This document shows positions 26,757 to 38,000 of a DNA stretch of 64,000 nucleotides, piece after piece. A program made the position numbers and the translations under genes. Positions within the stretch are counted from its first letter, which is position 1; each line of letters starts with the position of its first letter. Origin of the DNA: a virus; the IMG/VR virus record IMGVR_UViG_3300025141_013434, positions 64,001-128,000 of that record; one strand, 5' to 3'. Under the pieces are notes generated by a model. It saw only the letters and a list, made by a program, of their open reading frames with translations, was not told where the DNA came from and made no database searches.

Positions 26757-29700
26757 TCAAAAACCACCGTAGCCGCCGGGTCCAGATGTTGTAGTGCCAC
26801 CAGTCGGTGCACCGCCGCCGCCGGGGGATGGTGGAGTGCCGCCGCCGCCAGGGCCAGGAAAACATTCATCATACAGTGTCGCCATGTCTTCGGGCGGGGG
26901 AGATTCCTCTCCATGATACTGACTCTCGTTTGGCATGTAGAATACTATTCCTGGATATTCTAAAAAGGTGTGAGCGTGGGTTTCTAAGCCCTCTATCGGC
27001 TCACACACACTTGTCAAGTATAGTGGATAGAAATATCCAGTCACGCCACTAGTGTCTCCCGAATCGCTGGTGCCGAACAAATAGTAAGGCCCGCAACCAC
27101 ATACTTCCTGAGGTGCTGCCTGCCTTGATGCTTGGGTTCTCCTCCTATTCCTGCGGCGAGTGCGTTTAGTCCTGCGACTTGGAGGGCTAGCGGGGACTTC
27201 AAAATATGACTGACCCTGCGCTGGTCTAGTAGCGGAAGTGTTTCCTCCATCCGCCTCTCCAGTGTATGGCCGCCAATTTGCAGCGGTTTGGTTTCCCGCC
27301 TCAGTTGAAGAGTCCTGAGCATAACGAAGTCTGTATTGGCCGGATAATACCCTACCAGCAGCAACCATGTCTTGATTTAGAGTGCTAAAAATTGGACGTC
27401 CTAAGTTTATATTCCCATCTGCATCCCTGGCAAAACCATCCATCCTCTCCACTACCACTGCGGCGTCAGTAACTGCACGACTAACCGCTGGGTAGGGTAC
27501 CGGGTCGGGACGGCTTTCGCCCCGGGGGCCGGCGAGGCCACCAATACCTGGACCTAGACCCTGAAGGCCATCCGACGTTCCTTGCACCAAGTTGCTTGTT
27601 AATACGTCCGGATTTATTACGTTTCCCATGTCACTTACTAAAACTCTCGATAAATCCAAAAAGCCAGTGTTGGCCCCTGCCAAAGAGCGCCAATGTTCAT
27701 CCCAATCAAAAGGAAACCCTTCGGGTTCATCTGGTTCATTCCCCACGCCACATAACTCGCCCTCATTAGGAATAGCCTGTGTGTCATCAGATAGAAGTAT
27801 TTCAGATGGCACCGTAACAGAAAAGTTAGTTACTGACGAAAGCTGTGCTGCCATTCTTGCCGTAATTGTATTTAGGGCGGTCGAGGGTTGATCAAAAGGA
27901 TTAGCTGTGCCGGCTTGGCCATCATTTGGACTAGCAGCCTCATTTACATCTCCCCAGTCAAACGACTGTATTGCAGGATCTTGTGTAGCTTGTCTAGACA
28001 TATTGATGACATCCATAGCTCTATTGACCTCTGCTGCACCTGCTTGCCAATTGATCACAAAAGACCCCGGGGTCGTCATATTGTCCCCCCAGGTAAAATG
28101 TGAGTTCGTTTGCGTTGCATTGCCGCGGTAAGAGCTAAAAGTCAATACGGCAGAATTACCCAAATAACTTCTCATTGAGGAACCCCAACGTGTAGTTTCC
28201 GTATTCATTCTTCCTGCAAGATTTGCCGCTGTTATAACGGGAAAGGTAGAAGCTACTGATCTGGCCGTTGTCACCGGTGAGGGCAGGGGTAAGAGCGGAG
28301 GCCTGGGAACCGGATCTGTGGTGGGTGGCCTATCAAGAAATGTATCTTCAGAAAGCTCGAAACCTGGGGTAGCAAAATCTTGAAGAGTCTCTGTCCTTTG
28401 TGGGTTGTCCGGACTGTCTTGGATGGTCGGCATTGTTGCCATGCTCCGGAGCCTAGCGCCGGCGGCGCGACGGTCAGCTTGACGTTGATTTTCGGCTAGC
28501 CACCGGTTTTCTTGTTCAACAAAACTAACAGAGTCGAGCTTTCTTTTGCTACAGTCGACATAATATGAACTGGGTTCGCTATCTCTGTGGCCGGTGAACC
28601 ACCTCTTGACTCTCAATGTTCTATTTTTTCCGGCCGTGAGATTTCTTCTGCCGCCGATCTCGGAAGACAAGCTGGACTGATCTGCTGATGAGCCCCCGCC
28701 CAAAAGTTTATCTACTTCAGCTGACAGGTCTTTAAAGGATTTCAATATTTGTAAAATTTGCTCTGGTCTGGAATTGTTTGGATTGAGAAGGGTAGCGACA
28801 AGGCCGACCATTGCGTCATCCCTAAGTGAGATTGCAGAGTCGACGGTGAAGAGGCCCTCCGAAACCGCGGCTTCGACAAAGTCGCCTTCGCCTTGTGCTG
28901 TCAAGTGTTCTGCAAATTTAGACGCCGAAATAATAAATTTCTTATTTGCGTATACCAAGCCCAAAAGTTCAAAAAAAACTGCCTGCATAGCTTCAAAATC
29001 AAACCTCTCCATGGCTTCACTTACGAAAGAGGGTGAAAACTTTTTTGTTGCTGTGTTGTAATTTCCCACCGGAGTGAATCGAACTCTATCAACATTGAGA
29101 ATTTCGTCTCGGGAGGGCCCATTGCCGCGAGTCTCCCTGAAGGACTTTCCCGTTATTACTGGAATGTTTGCTAGGTTATAATATTCTTCCAATTGGAGAA
29201 TTTGCTCTTTGAGTCGATTGAGTGCATGCTCGAAATATTCATAAATACTATCTTCGTATTCTAACTCTATTCCGTATTGATAAGTCCCATCAACTGTTTT
29301 CATTAGTGAATAATCGCGGCCATGGAAAATTCTATAAAACGGAAACAAGGGAGTACCTGCTAGTCTGGACTCTGACGAGTTGTCAATTGGCATAGGATCT
29401 TCGGGGTTGCCTGTTAACCAACTACTCAAGTTATCGAAATTGGCTCTCAATTGAGTCATAAGGTCTCTCACGAGCAAATCTGATATTGTTCCGGTCTCTC
29501 GACTATTATCGTTGGCACCCAAAAGAAACCGCGGGGCCGCAAATGCCGCGGGTAAAATTGCGTCGACGAGGTTGTCTTCATGTTCATATAAATCTGAAGG
29601 TAAACCAGCGCGCTTCATTGACCTTTCGTTCCGATTTAAGAACCATTCTTGAGATGCCTCTGCTACAACAAAATCTGGGGTGTTTTTGTCGAAAAGATCT

Positions 29701-31019
29701 TTTGCCGGAAAGCCAAGCGAATCAATTCCAATACTTCTGTCTGTAACCCTCCTTCTTAACACCCTTGTATTTAAGAGTTTGAAATTTACTTTCGGCCGGA
29801 GAATTTCATATTTTGTGAGATTTGGCAGATACTTAAACAGGTGACCCAGGCTCGATTCTTTTTCTAAAATTTGCTTTTGATCTATTATAAATTTATAATC
29901 AACAACTCCGGAATCAGGGTTTTGATGTACAAACAGTTGTGCATTGAAGTTTTTTTCTCTTTTGCTTTTTAAAAATTTTCTAACTTGACCCTGTTGCATT
30001 ATACTGGGTAACATTAGCGGAGTATACAAGTCGTTCGTTCTCTGCATTTTTCTAAAGTCTTGAATTTTCGTATTAGGTACATTTATCGCTGTTAGATAGT
30101 CGTCAGGACCAGAAGCGTCAGAATGCCTCAACCCCTTCATAAACACGGTTGTTCGATCGTCTTCGGGAGGCATCATATGGTATGGACCGCCATAAGGAAC
30201 TCCCTTGCTGTCCCTCAATACCATAGTATAAGAGTCGACTCGACCTCTTCTCAGTATTGTGTCCTTACTTTTTCTACCGTGAAGTAAGTTTAAATATTTA
30301 ATATCTGAGTGGTCGAGATCAAGACCCAGCAAAGAAAAATCTAAATATGTAAAAGCATGAACAGACAATTCAGTAGTATCTCCAGAGATCAATTCATTTG
30401 GAATTTCTGGATCATTACCTATCGTAATTGTATATGGAATTCTGTAAAACGCAGGTTGAGTTCCAACGTTAGTTACCCTGAAATGTTCTGAAAAATCATC
30501 AAAATATTGATTAGGAAGAGCCTGTCTTGCCGGTTCAGTCTTTATTAAAAAAGGGTGAAATCTTACATTCTCTCCGGTAGGTGAGTTGTCATGAGCAGAG
30601 CCCTTCTTGGTGGTAGTTTTAAGCTTGTCTAAGAAAGCCCCCATCGAGGCGGCGCGGCCACGCATGCCCGCTGGGAGGTGCCGCGAGACGTCTCGCTCGG
30701 AGGCTCCTTCGTCGATAGCGACCCTGTATTTCGCAAGCTTGTTGAATTGCCTGTTTATCCACGTATCGCGGCCGTGATGTGAGATGATTATCCCAATCTT
30801 AAGAGCTTTCATGAACTCCTCTTCTTTTGGCATTCCAGCATCAGCATCAAAAGAATTTGGAAGAGACATAATAAAACCAGCGCCTTCAGATGTGAGATGG
30901 TCATCAATATAATAATCAAGTGTCAAAATTATATTATTATTTGCACCCGACTCCAAAGTTGCCCTCCTCATCTTGACGGCAGGAAGGATCTGATACATTA
31001 AGTCACCTTCTCTTGACAT
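26757..31019 (-). CDS. Large hypothetical virion protein (1420 aa)
   Basis: SD GGAGGAG; low-complexity C-terminal third with an Arg tract and a Gly/Pro tail. Confidence 0.75.
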   Translation of the reverse strand: MSREGDLMYQILPAVKMRRATLESGANNNIILTLDYYIDDHLTSEGAGFIMSLPNSFDADAGMPKEEEFMKALKIGIIISHHGRDTWINRQFNKLAKYRVAIDEGASERDVSRHLPAGMRGRAASMGAFLDKLKTTTKKGSAHDNSPTGENVRFHPFLIKTEPARQALPNQYFDDFSEHFRVTNVGTQPAFYRIPYTITIGNDPEIPNELISGDTTELSVHAFTYLDFSLLGLDLDHSDIKYLNLLHGRKSKDTILRRGRVDSYTMVLRDSKGVPYGGPYHMMPPEDDRTTVFMKGLRHSDASGPDDYLTAINVPNTKIQDFRKMQRTNDLYTPLMLPSIMQQGQVRKFLKSKREKNFNAQLFVHQNPDSGVVDYKFIIDQKQILEKESSLGHLFKYLPNLTKYEILRPKVNFKLLNTRVLRRRVTDRSIGIDSLGFPAKDLFDKNTPDFVVAEASQEWFLNRNERSMKRAGLPSDLYEHEDNLVDAILPAAFAAPRFLLGANDNSRETGTISDLLVRDLMTQLRANFDNLSSWLTGNPEDPMPIDNSSESRLAGTPLFPFYRIFHGRDYSLMKTVDGTYQYGIELEYEDSIYEYFEHALNRLKEQILQLEEYYNLANIPVITGKSFRETRGNGPSRDEILNVDRVRFTPVGNYNTATKKFSPSFVSEAMERFDFEAMQAVFFELLGLVYANKKFIISASKFAEHLTAQGEGDFVEAAVSEGLFTVDSAISLRDDAMVGLVATLLNPNNSRPEQILQILKSFKDLSAEVDKLLGGGSSADQSSLSSEIGGRRNLTAGKNRTLRVKRWFTGHRDSEPSSYYVDCSKRKLDSVSFVEQENRWLAENQRQADRRAAGARLRSMATMPTIQDSPDNPQRTETLQDFATPGFELSEDTFLDRPPTTDPVPRPPLLPLPSPVTTARSVASTFPVITAANLAGRMNTETTRWGSSMRSYLGNSAVLTFSSYRGNATQTNSHFTWGDNMTTPGSFVINWQAGAAEVNRAMDVINMSRQATQDPAIQSFDWGDVNEAASPNDGQAGTANPFDQPSTALNTITARMAAQLSSVTNFSVTVPSEILLSDDTQAIPNEGELCGVGNEPDEPEGFPFDWDEHWRSLAGANTGFLDLSRVLVSDMGNVINPDVLTSNLVQGTSDGLQGLGPGIGGLAGPRGESRPDPVPYPAVSRAVTDAAVVVERMDGFARDADGNINLGRPIFSTLNQDMVAAGRVLSGQYRLRYAQDSSTEAGNQTAANWRPYTGEADGGNTSATRPAQGQSYFEVPASPPSRRTKRTRRRNRRRTQASRQAAPQEVCGCGPYYLFGTSDSGDTSGVTGYFYPLYLTSVCEPIEGLETHAHTFLEYPGIVFYMPNESQYHGEESPPPEDMATLYDECFPGPGGGGTPPSPGGGGAPTGGTTTSGPGGYGGF

Positions 31020-32095
31020 TAATATTCTCCTCCTTCGGGATCATCATCCCCTGGACCGCCGGCAAGAGTAGAACTAGTATCACCTTCTGATATTCCCTGG
31101 CCAGGGGTTGCTCTTTCAAAACCTTCGTACAGGCTATCTTCACATATGTCATCATCGTGTGGACCGAAGTCATAAAGGCCCGGCTGTTCCTGCTCTTCAA
31201 ACATTTCTTCAGGTATGTTTTCATCAAACTTTATGTCAAGATACGTATTTATATTATCTGATCTATCCCACTCATTCGGTTTCGCAATATACAACTTAGT
31301 TACAGTCTCCATTCTTCTCGATGGTCCGGTTGTGGCCTCGACGAGTTCATCTTCGATGACAAAAACCTCGATATCAAAATTCTCGTTTTCAAAATCCACG
31401 TTATCTTCCGCCACTGATAGCAATATCGAATTTTCTTTCATGGTCAGTTTTATTCCACCCCTGAACGTTATTTCCTGTTCTGTTCCGTTCTGATATGAGT
31501 ATTCATATTCTGGGAGGTCGTCTTCATCTTCTTCTGATGCTAAGATCAAGTGACCAACCGACATTGATAATTGCGGCCTAGAAAGCCCATACCCTGCAGA
31601 AGAACTTAGCGTAATTGGAAGTATAAACTTTTGATTGTTTCGACTTCTTATGTTCCAAGACGGCACCTCTTGAGAACCCAGTTGTGAGGTGCCTATCAGG
31701 TTTCTGATAATCTTTCTGTCATCGGGTGCCATAGACACATGGTCCGCGTAATCACTACCGTAGACATCATCAACCGGAGTTCGATTGAGGTTCGCTCTCT
31801 TCCTGTTGTTGTTACCGGGCAGTTTCTCTAAGATATGCGCGTTTAATTGGGCCACGCGAGTTTCAATTCCATCTGTTTCATACAAAGCCTTGAATCTCAC
31901 AGTGTCGTTTTGAATTCTTTCGTGAGCTTTTGCAGCCAACTCTTTTGATCCACTGACATATGCTACATCGTATAGTACTTCATCGTCCGAAAAAGCATAA
32001 AAGGCCGGCTTAAACCTGCCCTTTGATACCAAGTATTTGCCATACTGGGTAAGCTGCAAATCCAAAACATCTTCTTTTCTATTAAAGAAAGTCAA
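31019..32095 (-). CDS. Virion protein, N-terminal paralog of 22702..23739
   Basis: TTG start; 'LTQYGK..VSKGRFKPAFYAFSDDEVLY'. Confidence 0.7.
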   Translation of the reverse strand: MTFFNRKEDVLDLQLTQYGKYLVSKGRFKPAFYAFSDDEVLYDVAYVSGSKELAAKAHERIQNDTVRFKALYETDGIETRVAQLNAHILEKLPGNNNRKRANLNRTPVDDVYGSDYADHVSMAPDDRKIIRNLIGTSQLGSQEVPSWNIRSRNNQKFILPITLSSSAGYGLSRPQLSMSVGHLILASEEDEDDLPEYEYSYQNGTEQEITFRGGIKLTMKENSILLSVAEDNVDFENENFDIEVFVIEDELVEATTGPSRRMETVTKLYIAKPNEWDRSDNINTYLDIKFDENIPEEMFEEQEQPGLYDFGPHDDDICEDSLYEGFERATPGQGISEGDTSSTLAGGPGDDDPEGGEY

Positions 32096-32098
32096 CTA

Positions 32099-35000
32099 TT
32101 ATTCCTCACTGTCGGGATCACTCTCACCTGTAGGAAATCCATAGTTGATTGCATCGAAGGGGTCCTGGAAGTCACCTCCCGGTAGACCACTATATTTTCT
32201 ATTTACTCCCTGTAACAAATCTGTTGTTCCTTGTGCTGAAAGTTCTGGCGTATTATACACCACTTCTGTGTCTAATCTAACTAGTTCTATCATTGAGAAA
32301 TAATCATACGGCCAGTTATAACCATACTCAAAAATATCGTCTTCCACGTTTAAGGCCCGATGGGGATGATTTGCTGGTAATCTATCTCTTTTCATCTTCT
32401 TAAAATAATTGTTTTCTGCTCTTTGCTTAACCTTGAAAACAAGCCATTTAACATTTTCGCCGAAAGTGCCACCGTACATATCATCCCCAGTCATCGATAG
32501 GTCGTGAGTCACTGATGCCTGTGTCACCAAGGTATCTCTGTCATTATTGTAGAACATGTTCAATGCCAAGTCTGGAGCGGTATTTTGCCAAATGTAAGCA
32601 ACATCCTTCTTGCTCAACGTGTGTTCGAATTCAAAGACATACATCAAAAAGGGCCTGACATAATTCTTGTTTGTATTGTTGTATTTGAGAAAGTTAAATT
32701 TCGGAGGAAGAACATAATTCATCATGCTCTTGACCATCTTTTGTATATTGCTTCTGACTGGCATGCCCTGCTCATTCGCAACTCTTATGAGTCTGTCGAC
32801 AGTTGCATCCCAGGCTCCGCGGTTGCCATCGGTGAATCCATTGCTGTCTCTGAACTCTCTCACGATCCTATTCATATCTTCATTGTCGCTAGATCCATTT
32901 TGCATAATGGTATTAACATAAGCTTGCTTTGACTCTTCCAGGAACTGTCTCTTATATTGGGCATGCCCCAGGTTGACAACTGACTGATAAACTTCCGGCC
33001 TGGGCAGATTGAAAAATGATCTGGCTTTCCCTTCCCCTTCTGTAAAAGGTATCGCGACGACTGCTTCTTTAATCTTTCTTTGTTCTGGCAACTGGCCGAT
33101 GGGCCTCGTTATTAGACGGCCAGTACCCGAATCTTCGCCGACTTTCAATCCCTTTTTCTGGAAGTGCATGCCCAAAAGGCTTGCTAAGTTTCCATATTGA
33201 GGATCTTCTGGGGGCCTTATTTCTATTCTTGCCACCGGAGTATCATATGTTCCTGTCTGGTGCCACATCCCCTTAGCTGTTCCGATATGGTGCGGTCTGG
33301 GTGCAGTAGGGGTAACCTTGCTAAAATCTAGATTTGGTACTTCCCATTTACTCTGGACTGCCCAAGACTTTCTAATGATGTCTCTCCTGACTGGGTTTCG
33401 AGGGTCGTTGTTCTCCTCTTCTCTGTCCTCATATATAGGTATTGCACTATCTTCGCTGAAATCTAGTCCGTAAAAACTGGCAGATAATTGCATTGCATGA
33501 GTTTTATGAAGTGATCCGGTCGCCGTAGAGATGACGCCGTCCACGCCGGCGGTGGCAGTTTGCGCAAGAGTGGAGTCTGTCATGCCCGATCCCCAGGATT
33601 TATTGTATGATCCCGTGGCTCTAATGAATCTGCCATATTTTATAGAAGGTCCCCGCTCTTGGTACCTGTTATCTGCTGTTATGGATGCCAACACTGATTC
33701 AATCGTATCGAAGCTGGTCCTATCTGTGGCAGTCGACCCTGTTGATTGTCCTGGGTTGAAAGTATATTCCACCTCTGCATAAGAATCATAATGGGGAGGA
33801 GTATATGGAGCAAACCCGTGACCCATGAAAAGACCACTCGTCGAGACATTGTCCGGAGGTGAGGCGTCGACGGGAGGCCCGAAAGATGAGGGTCTATTAT
33901 AAATTGGAAAGTCTAGCTTCGATGGTCGGGTCAGCCGGAGTCTCATCTTATAAACTTTTCCATGGTCGACAATTTCCCGTAAGTGATCGCTCGATGCGAT
34001 AACCGTTGTTTCTCTTCCATCTAAAAAGAAGTTCACACATTCAGAATAGAAATTATTTGCTGCTTTTGAATATGTCGTGTACGGCAAAGATCGGGCAACC
34101 GATAAGTCTAGACTACAGCTAAGGACTGAAGACGTGCATGGTGTGCCCCAGAAAATATCGTAGTCAGAACCGCCAACATCATATTTGCCATCTTTATCAG
34201 CGTCCGGGCGGATCTTTGATCTCAAAAACCCTGCTGGACTAAAACTAGAACTTGGATGAACTTCGTTATCATAGAACGCAAATCGTTCTCTAATTCTCGC
34301 TTGATTCGGGGTCATCCCCACTGTGTCTATCTTGTTCGGTTTTAAAGCCTTTATGGGATCTATCAAAGCTTCAAAGGGAACTCGGTGCACTTTTTGTACT
34401 CCGCCTATGCCGTTATCCTTGTGCCACTTTGTCCAATAGTTCTGAGCGCCATGCCCCTTATGGAAGCCACCCGAACCCCCGGGGATCCGCCGCGGGCCCG
34501 AGATGCCCCAACTTGCAGAGCCTATTCTTGGTATACCACCATCAGCTGTTTCATTGTAGGCGGATCCAGTTATCCAAGAAGGATAATTATAACTTCCTGT
34601 CAGGCGACCCGCTACGCCGTTCAGGAGGCCATCGCCCAAGAGAGTAATTCCGTAACCACTAGCAGCCTTATCACTTGCCGCGGACCAGAGATCGGAGAAG
34701 TTTCCAAAATCTCCTTTTGTTACAGAGGTGAACTTGGCTTCGGGATGTCCACCGGCTGAGGCATATGCGTGGCCCACATCTTCGTACATTGGCATCGCAT
34801 GATTAATCAAAGGAGAATTATTGGTCATGTGGACAGACCCGGTGCCGGTGTATATATAGCCCGCGTCGTTACCCATCCTGTACCACCCGATTAGGTTACC
34901 AGCATCAGAATCTTCTACGCAAAGATCTGGTCGGAAGGGGCCGCGATGGAGGACACCTCCTCCTGCGAGGCCTGCGACAGACTCGACACTAAGATCTGTG

Positions 35001-38000
35001 TTCCAAATCGACACCTCTCCGATTCCACACTTCATCGAATTCAGTGAATGATTAGTTTGAGTGTGGGCATAGCGATGATTGCCGATCGTACAATTACCGC
35101 GGTAGCCTACGCCACCTTCGGAACCTGTTGAGTCCATCGCGAGGTCTAATTCTACAAGATTGCTAGCAGAGCCAATAATACCTGCAGCAGTGGTGCCACC
35201 CTGAGTTGTTACGGCTGTACCGTCAATGTAAAAGCTTGGGGCACTGCCATCAAACTTTTTCGTAACACAAAGATGATACCACTTCATTGTTGTCGTGATT
35301 GATTTGTACGGCTTTGTCCACCATTTTTTATAATTAGAGCTATCGTTGAACATCGAAAGCATAATGCGGCCGCCATGTTTCGTGAATTGTATACCCTCCG
35401 TCTGACTATTTGAACCATCATCTTTAAACACAAGAAGGCTACCAGAAGTCTTATTATCGGCATCAGCATCTGGATCACCTGTGAGATCGCAGTACCACAT
35501 AGAAATTGACAGGCCGCCAGCAGAGCCAGTTTGTTTTGCAAAAGAGCCCGTCATAAGATTTGCCCATTCACTAGACATGCCAATATTCACATAATTGTCG
35601 TCTGCGTCGGCGAAGGCTGTGACGAACTTATTAAACGGCCGATCGCGGGCAGGCTCAAAAATAGGATAATCTACCGCTAGGCCCGACTTAATAGAGTTAT
35701 AACAAATGCCAGGGGCATAAAATGCTGACAACATAGGTCGGATACCTGTTACATCTACCGCTTCTTGAGTTTCTGGCATTATACTCTTTCTGGCATAGGA
35801 CTCGCTCATCAGAGTTGCAAGCTGCAGCGTTCTTTGAACGGGGTAGAACCCCTCGTATGGCAGAAACTTCTTCATCGCTTTACATCTCAGGGTGAGCATT
35901 CCCGGATGCTTGTTTACAGTAGCCTGATCTGCAGTGACTTCATCAAAATGTCTTAAAAAGTCGCTATGGCCGTAAACCTTAAAGAAGTCCGTCTTGCTGC
36001 TGTCTGTGAAATCATCCGCAGCCCCAGTAAGCTCAAAAATCCCATCTGGATGGCAAGTAAAGAACGGATCTTCAACTTTTGAACTATCAACATAGAAGGG
36101 CATGTGTTCGCTTATTCTATATTCAGGAAGAATTGAGAAATCTTTTGCTTTTCTCCTTATCACTTGTTGCCAATCTTCATAATCCTCGTATGGAAAAGGA
36201 TTCCTGCCTGACATCTCGCCAACTTGCCACTTTGCTCCGCCCGCTAGGTGACGGCTCACTTTTGAAGTTGGTCTTAATAATTTTGTCAAGCGCGCATCTG
36301 CGTCATCAAACTGATTGCCTAGATAATCTCCTGCCCAGTCCTCGCCAAGATAGTGGCCGGACAAATATGAATTTTCCCAAACGCCTTTAAACTTTATCAA
36401 CACTTTATTGTTACTACTATCACGGTGAACCGTAACAAGGTCTTTCCACCCAGAAGGGGCCTCAGCAAAGTTATCAACAATAGCTTTCGACAATTGACTG
36501 GCATTTGTAACAGTGCCAGACAGTGGAACTACCCAAACCAAGTGTTTTGGGTCAGACACATTTGCTTTTAGCGTATTTCCAGTTGTCGCATTCGAGGAAA
36601 AGAACAAAAACAACGGCAATGCATCGCCGGCTGGTGGATACATTAGTAAATAATCGCCAGTATTATAACCAGGAGAGTCACTGCTTCCATAGAGCAGATT
36701 CTTGTTTGAAACGTGAGAAGCACAATTAAGTATAACCTGATAAGTAGTCTCTGGAAATTTTCTTGAATATACGGCTGAGGCGCTTGGGATTCTCGTGATT
36801 GGGTACCCGCCTCCTCTCGATCCGGATCTAAAGATTGAAATGTTTGAAACTAACTGACCTTCTCCGAAGGTATTCGGATCATCGGTACCTAGGCTTATCT
36901 CATTTGCAGTGCCGAAATTTACCTGCGCATCGAGGGGCCAAACACTACCTGTTATACCTTCGCCGCGAGAAGTTGAACCAGAAGGTTGACTCACTAGCCT
37001 GTCTGCCCTATTCTGCTTCCACCAATCAACCCTAAATTGACTTCGTGATCTTGCCTTTTTAAGATAAGAATTCTCATCTCGTGGATAAACTGTCTCAAAA
37101 TAAGTGTTAAGTACAGAATTCCTAGTTATGGGAATGTTAAGCCTTTCTCTCATCCTCCCTTCATTTATACCAAACAAGAGCCTCATTTGCTTATTGGAAA
37201 AACTAGCTAGCGCGTTGCCATAAGTAAAGCGAAGTTCTTTTATGTCTCTTCTGCCCAAGCCTCTGGAGGCTGCCCCGTTTGTATCTAAAAGGTCTTCTAT
37301 TCTAGCCTCAGAAGTAACAGAAGGATTGCTAGCAAAGAACTCCTCTCGGGGAGTACCCCTTTCCTCAATCGGGGGAAGAACCTGAGTTTCAAGAACTGAA
37401 AGTTGTGTTATCGGTCCAAACTTAGAACTAACTACAGATTCTGTGAGTCTATATCTCGAAGCAGATGATCCCCTGGTTGTCGTTGCAGACCGATGATCAA
37501 TTGAGTCGGGCCAAGAATAATTACCGCCCCTATTCGATTCGTAAGATAAAGCCTTCGCTGGAGAGTTGGGATCTATCTGCTCAACCGATGGAGCATAAAT
37601 ATTGTTTTCTCTTAGCTTTCTTGCAATAGGATGTTGGGCCACCCTCAACTGTTTCCAGCTAGGCCAACCATATGGGCCCTGGCGGTTATGTATCAGTGAA
37701 TTGAGAAACAGCACATCAGTTTGATATAAGTGATCGTGATATCCCAAATAACCATAAAATATTCGAGCATCTCCTTCTTCCCCAGTTAGATGACCGTTTG
37801 GTTCCGCAAGGAGTCGGCGCTGGCGAATAGTATTCCCGTCAGAATCGGTATCCGACCCAACCACATACCCATTAGAATTCCATTCAATATTGTCTGACCC
37901 TATTTTGTTCGAATCTAAATGCACAGGCTCCACTATAACCTGATTCATACCAACGAAATCAACTGGAAGGAAAGACGCGTTTGCCTTAGTTTCTGCGTAA

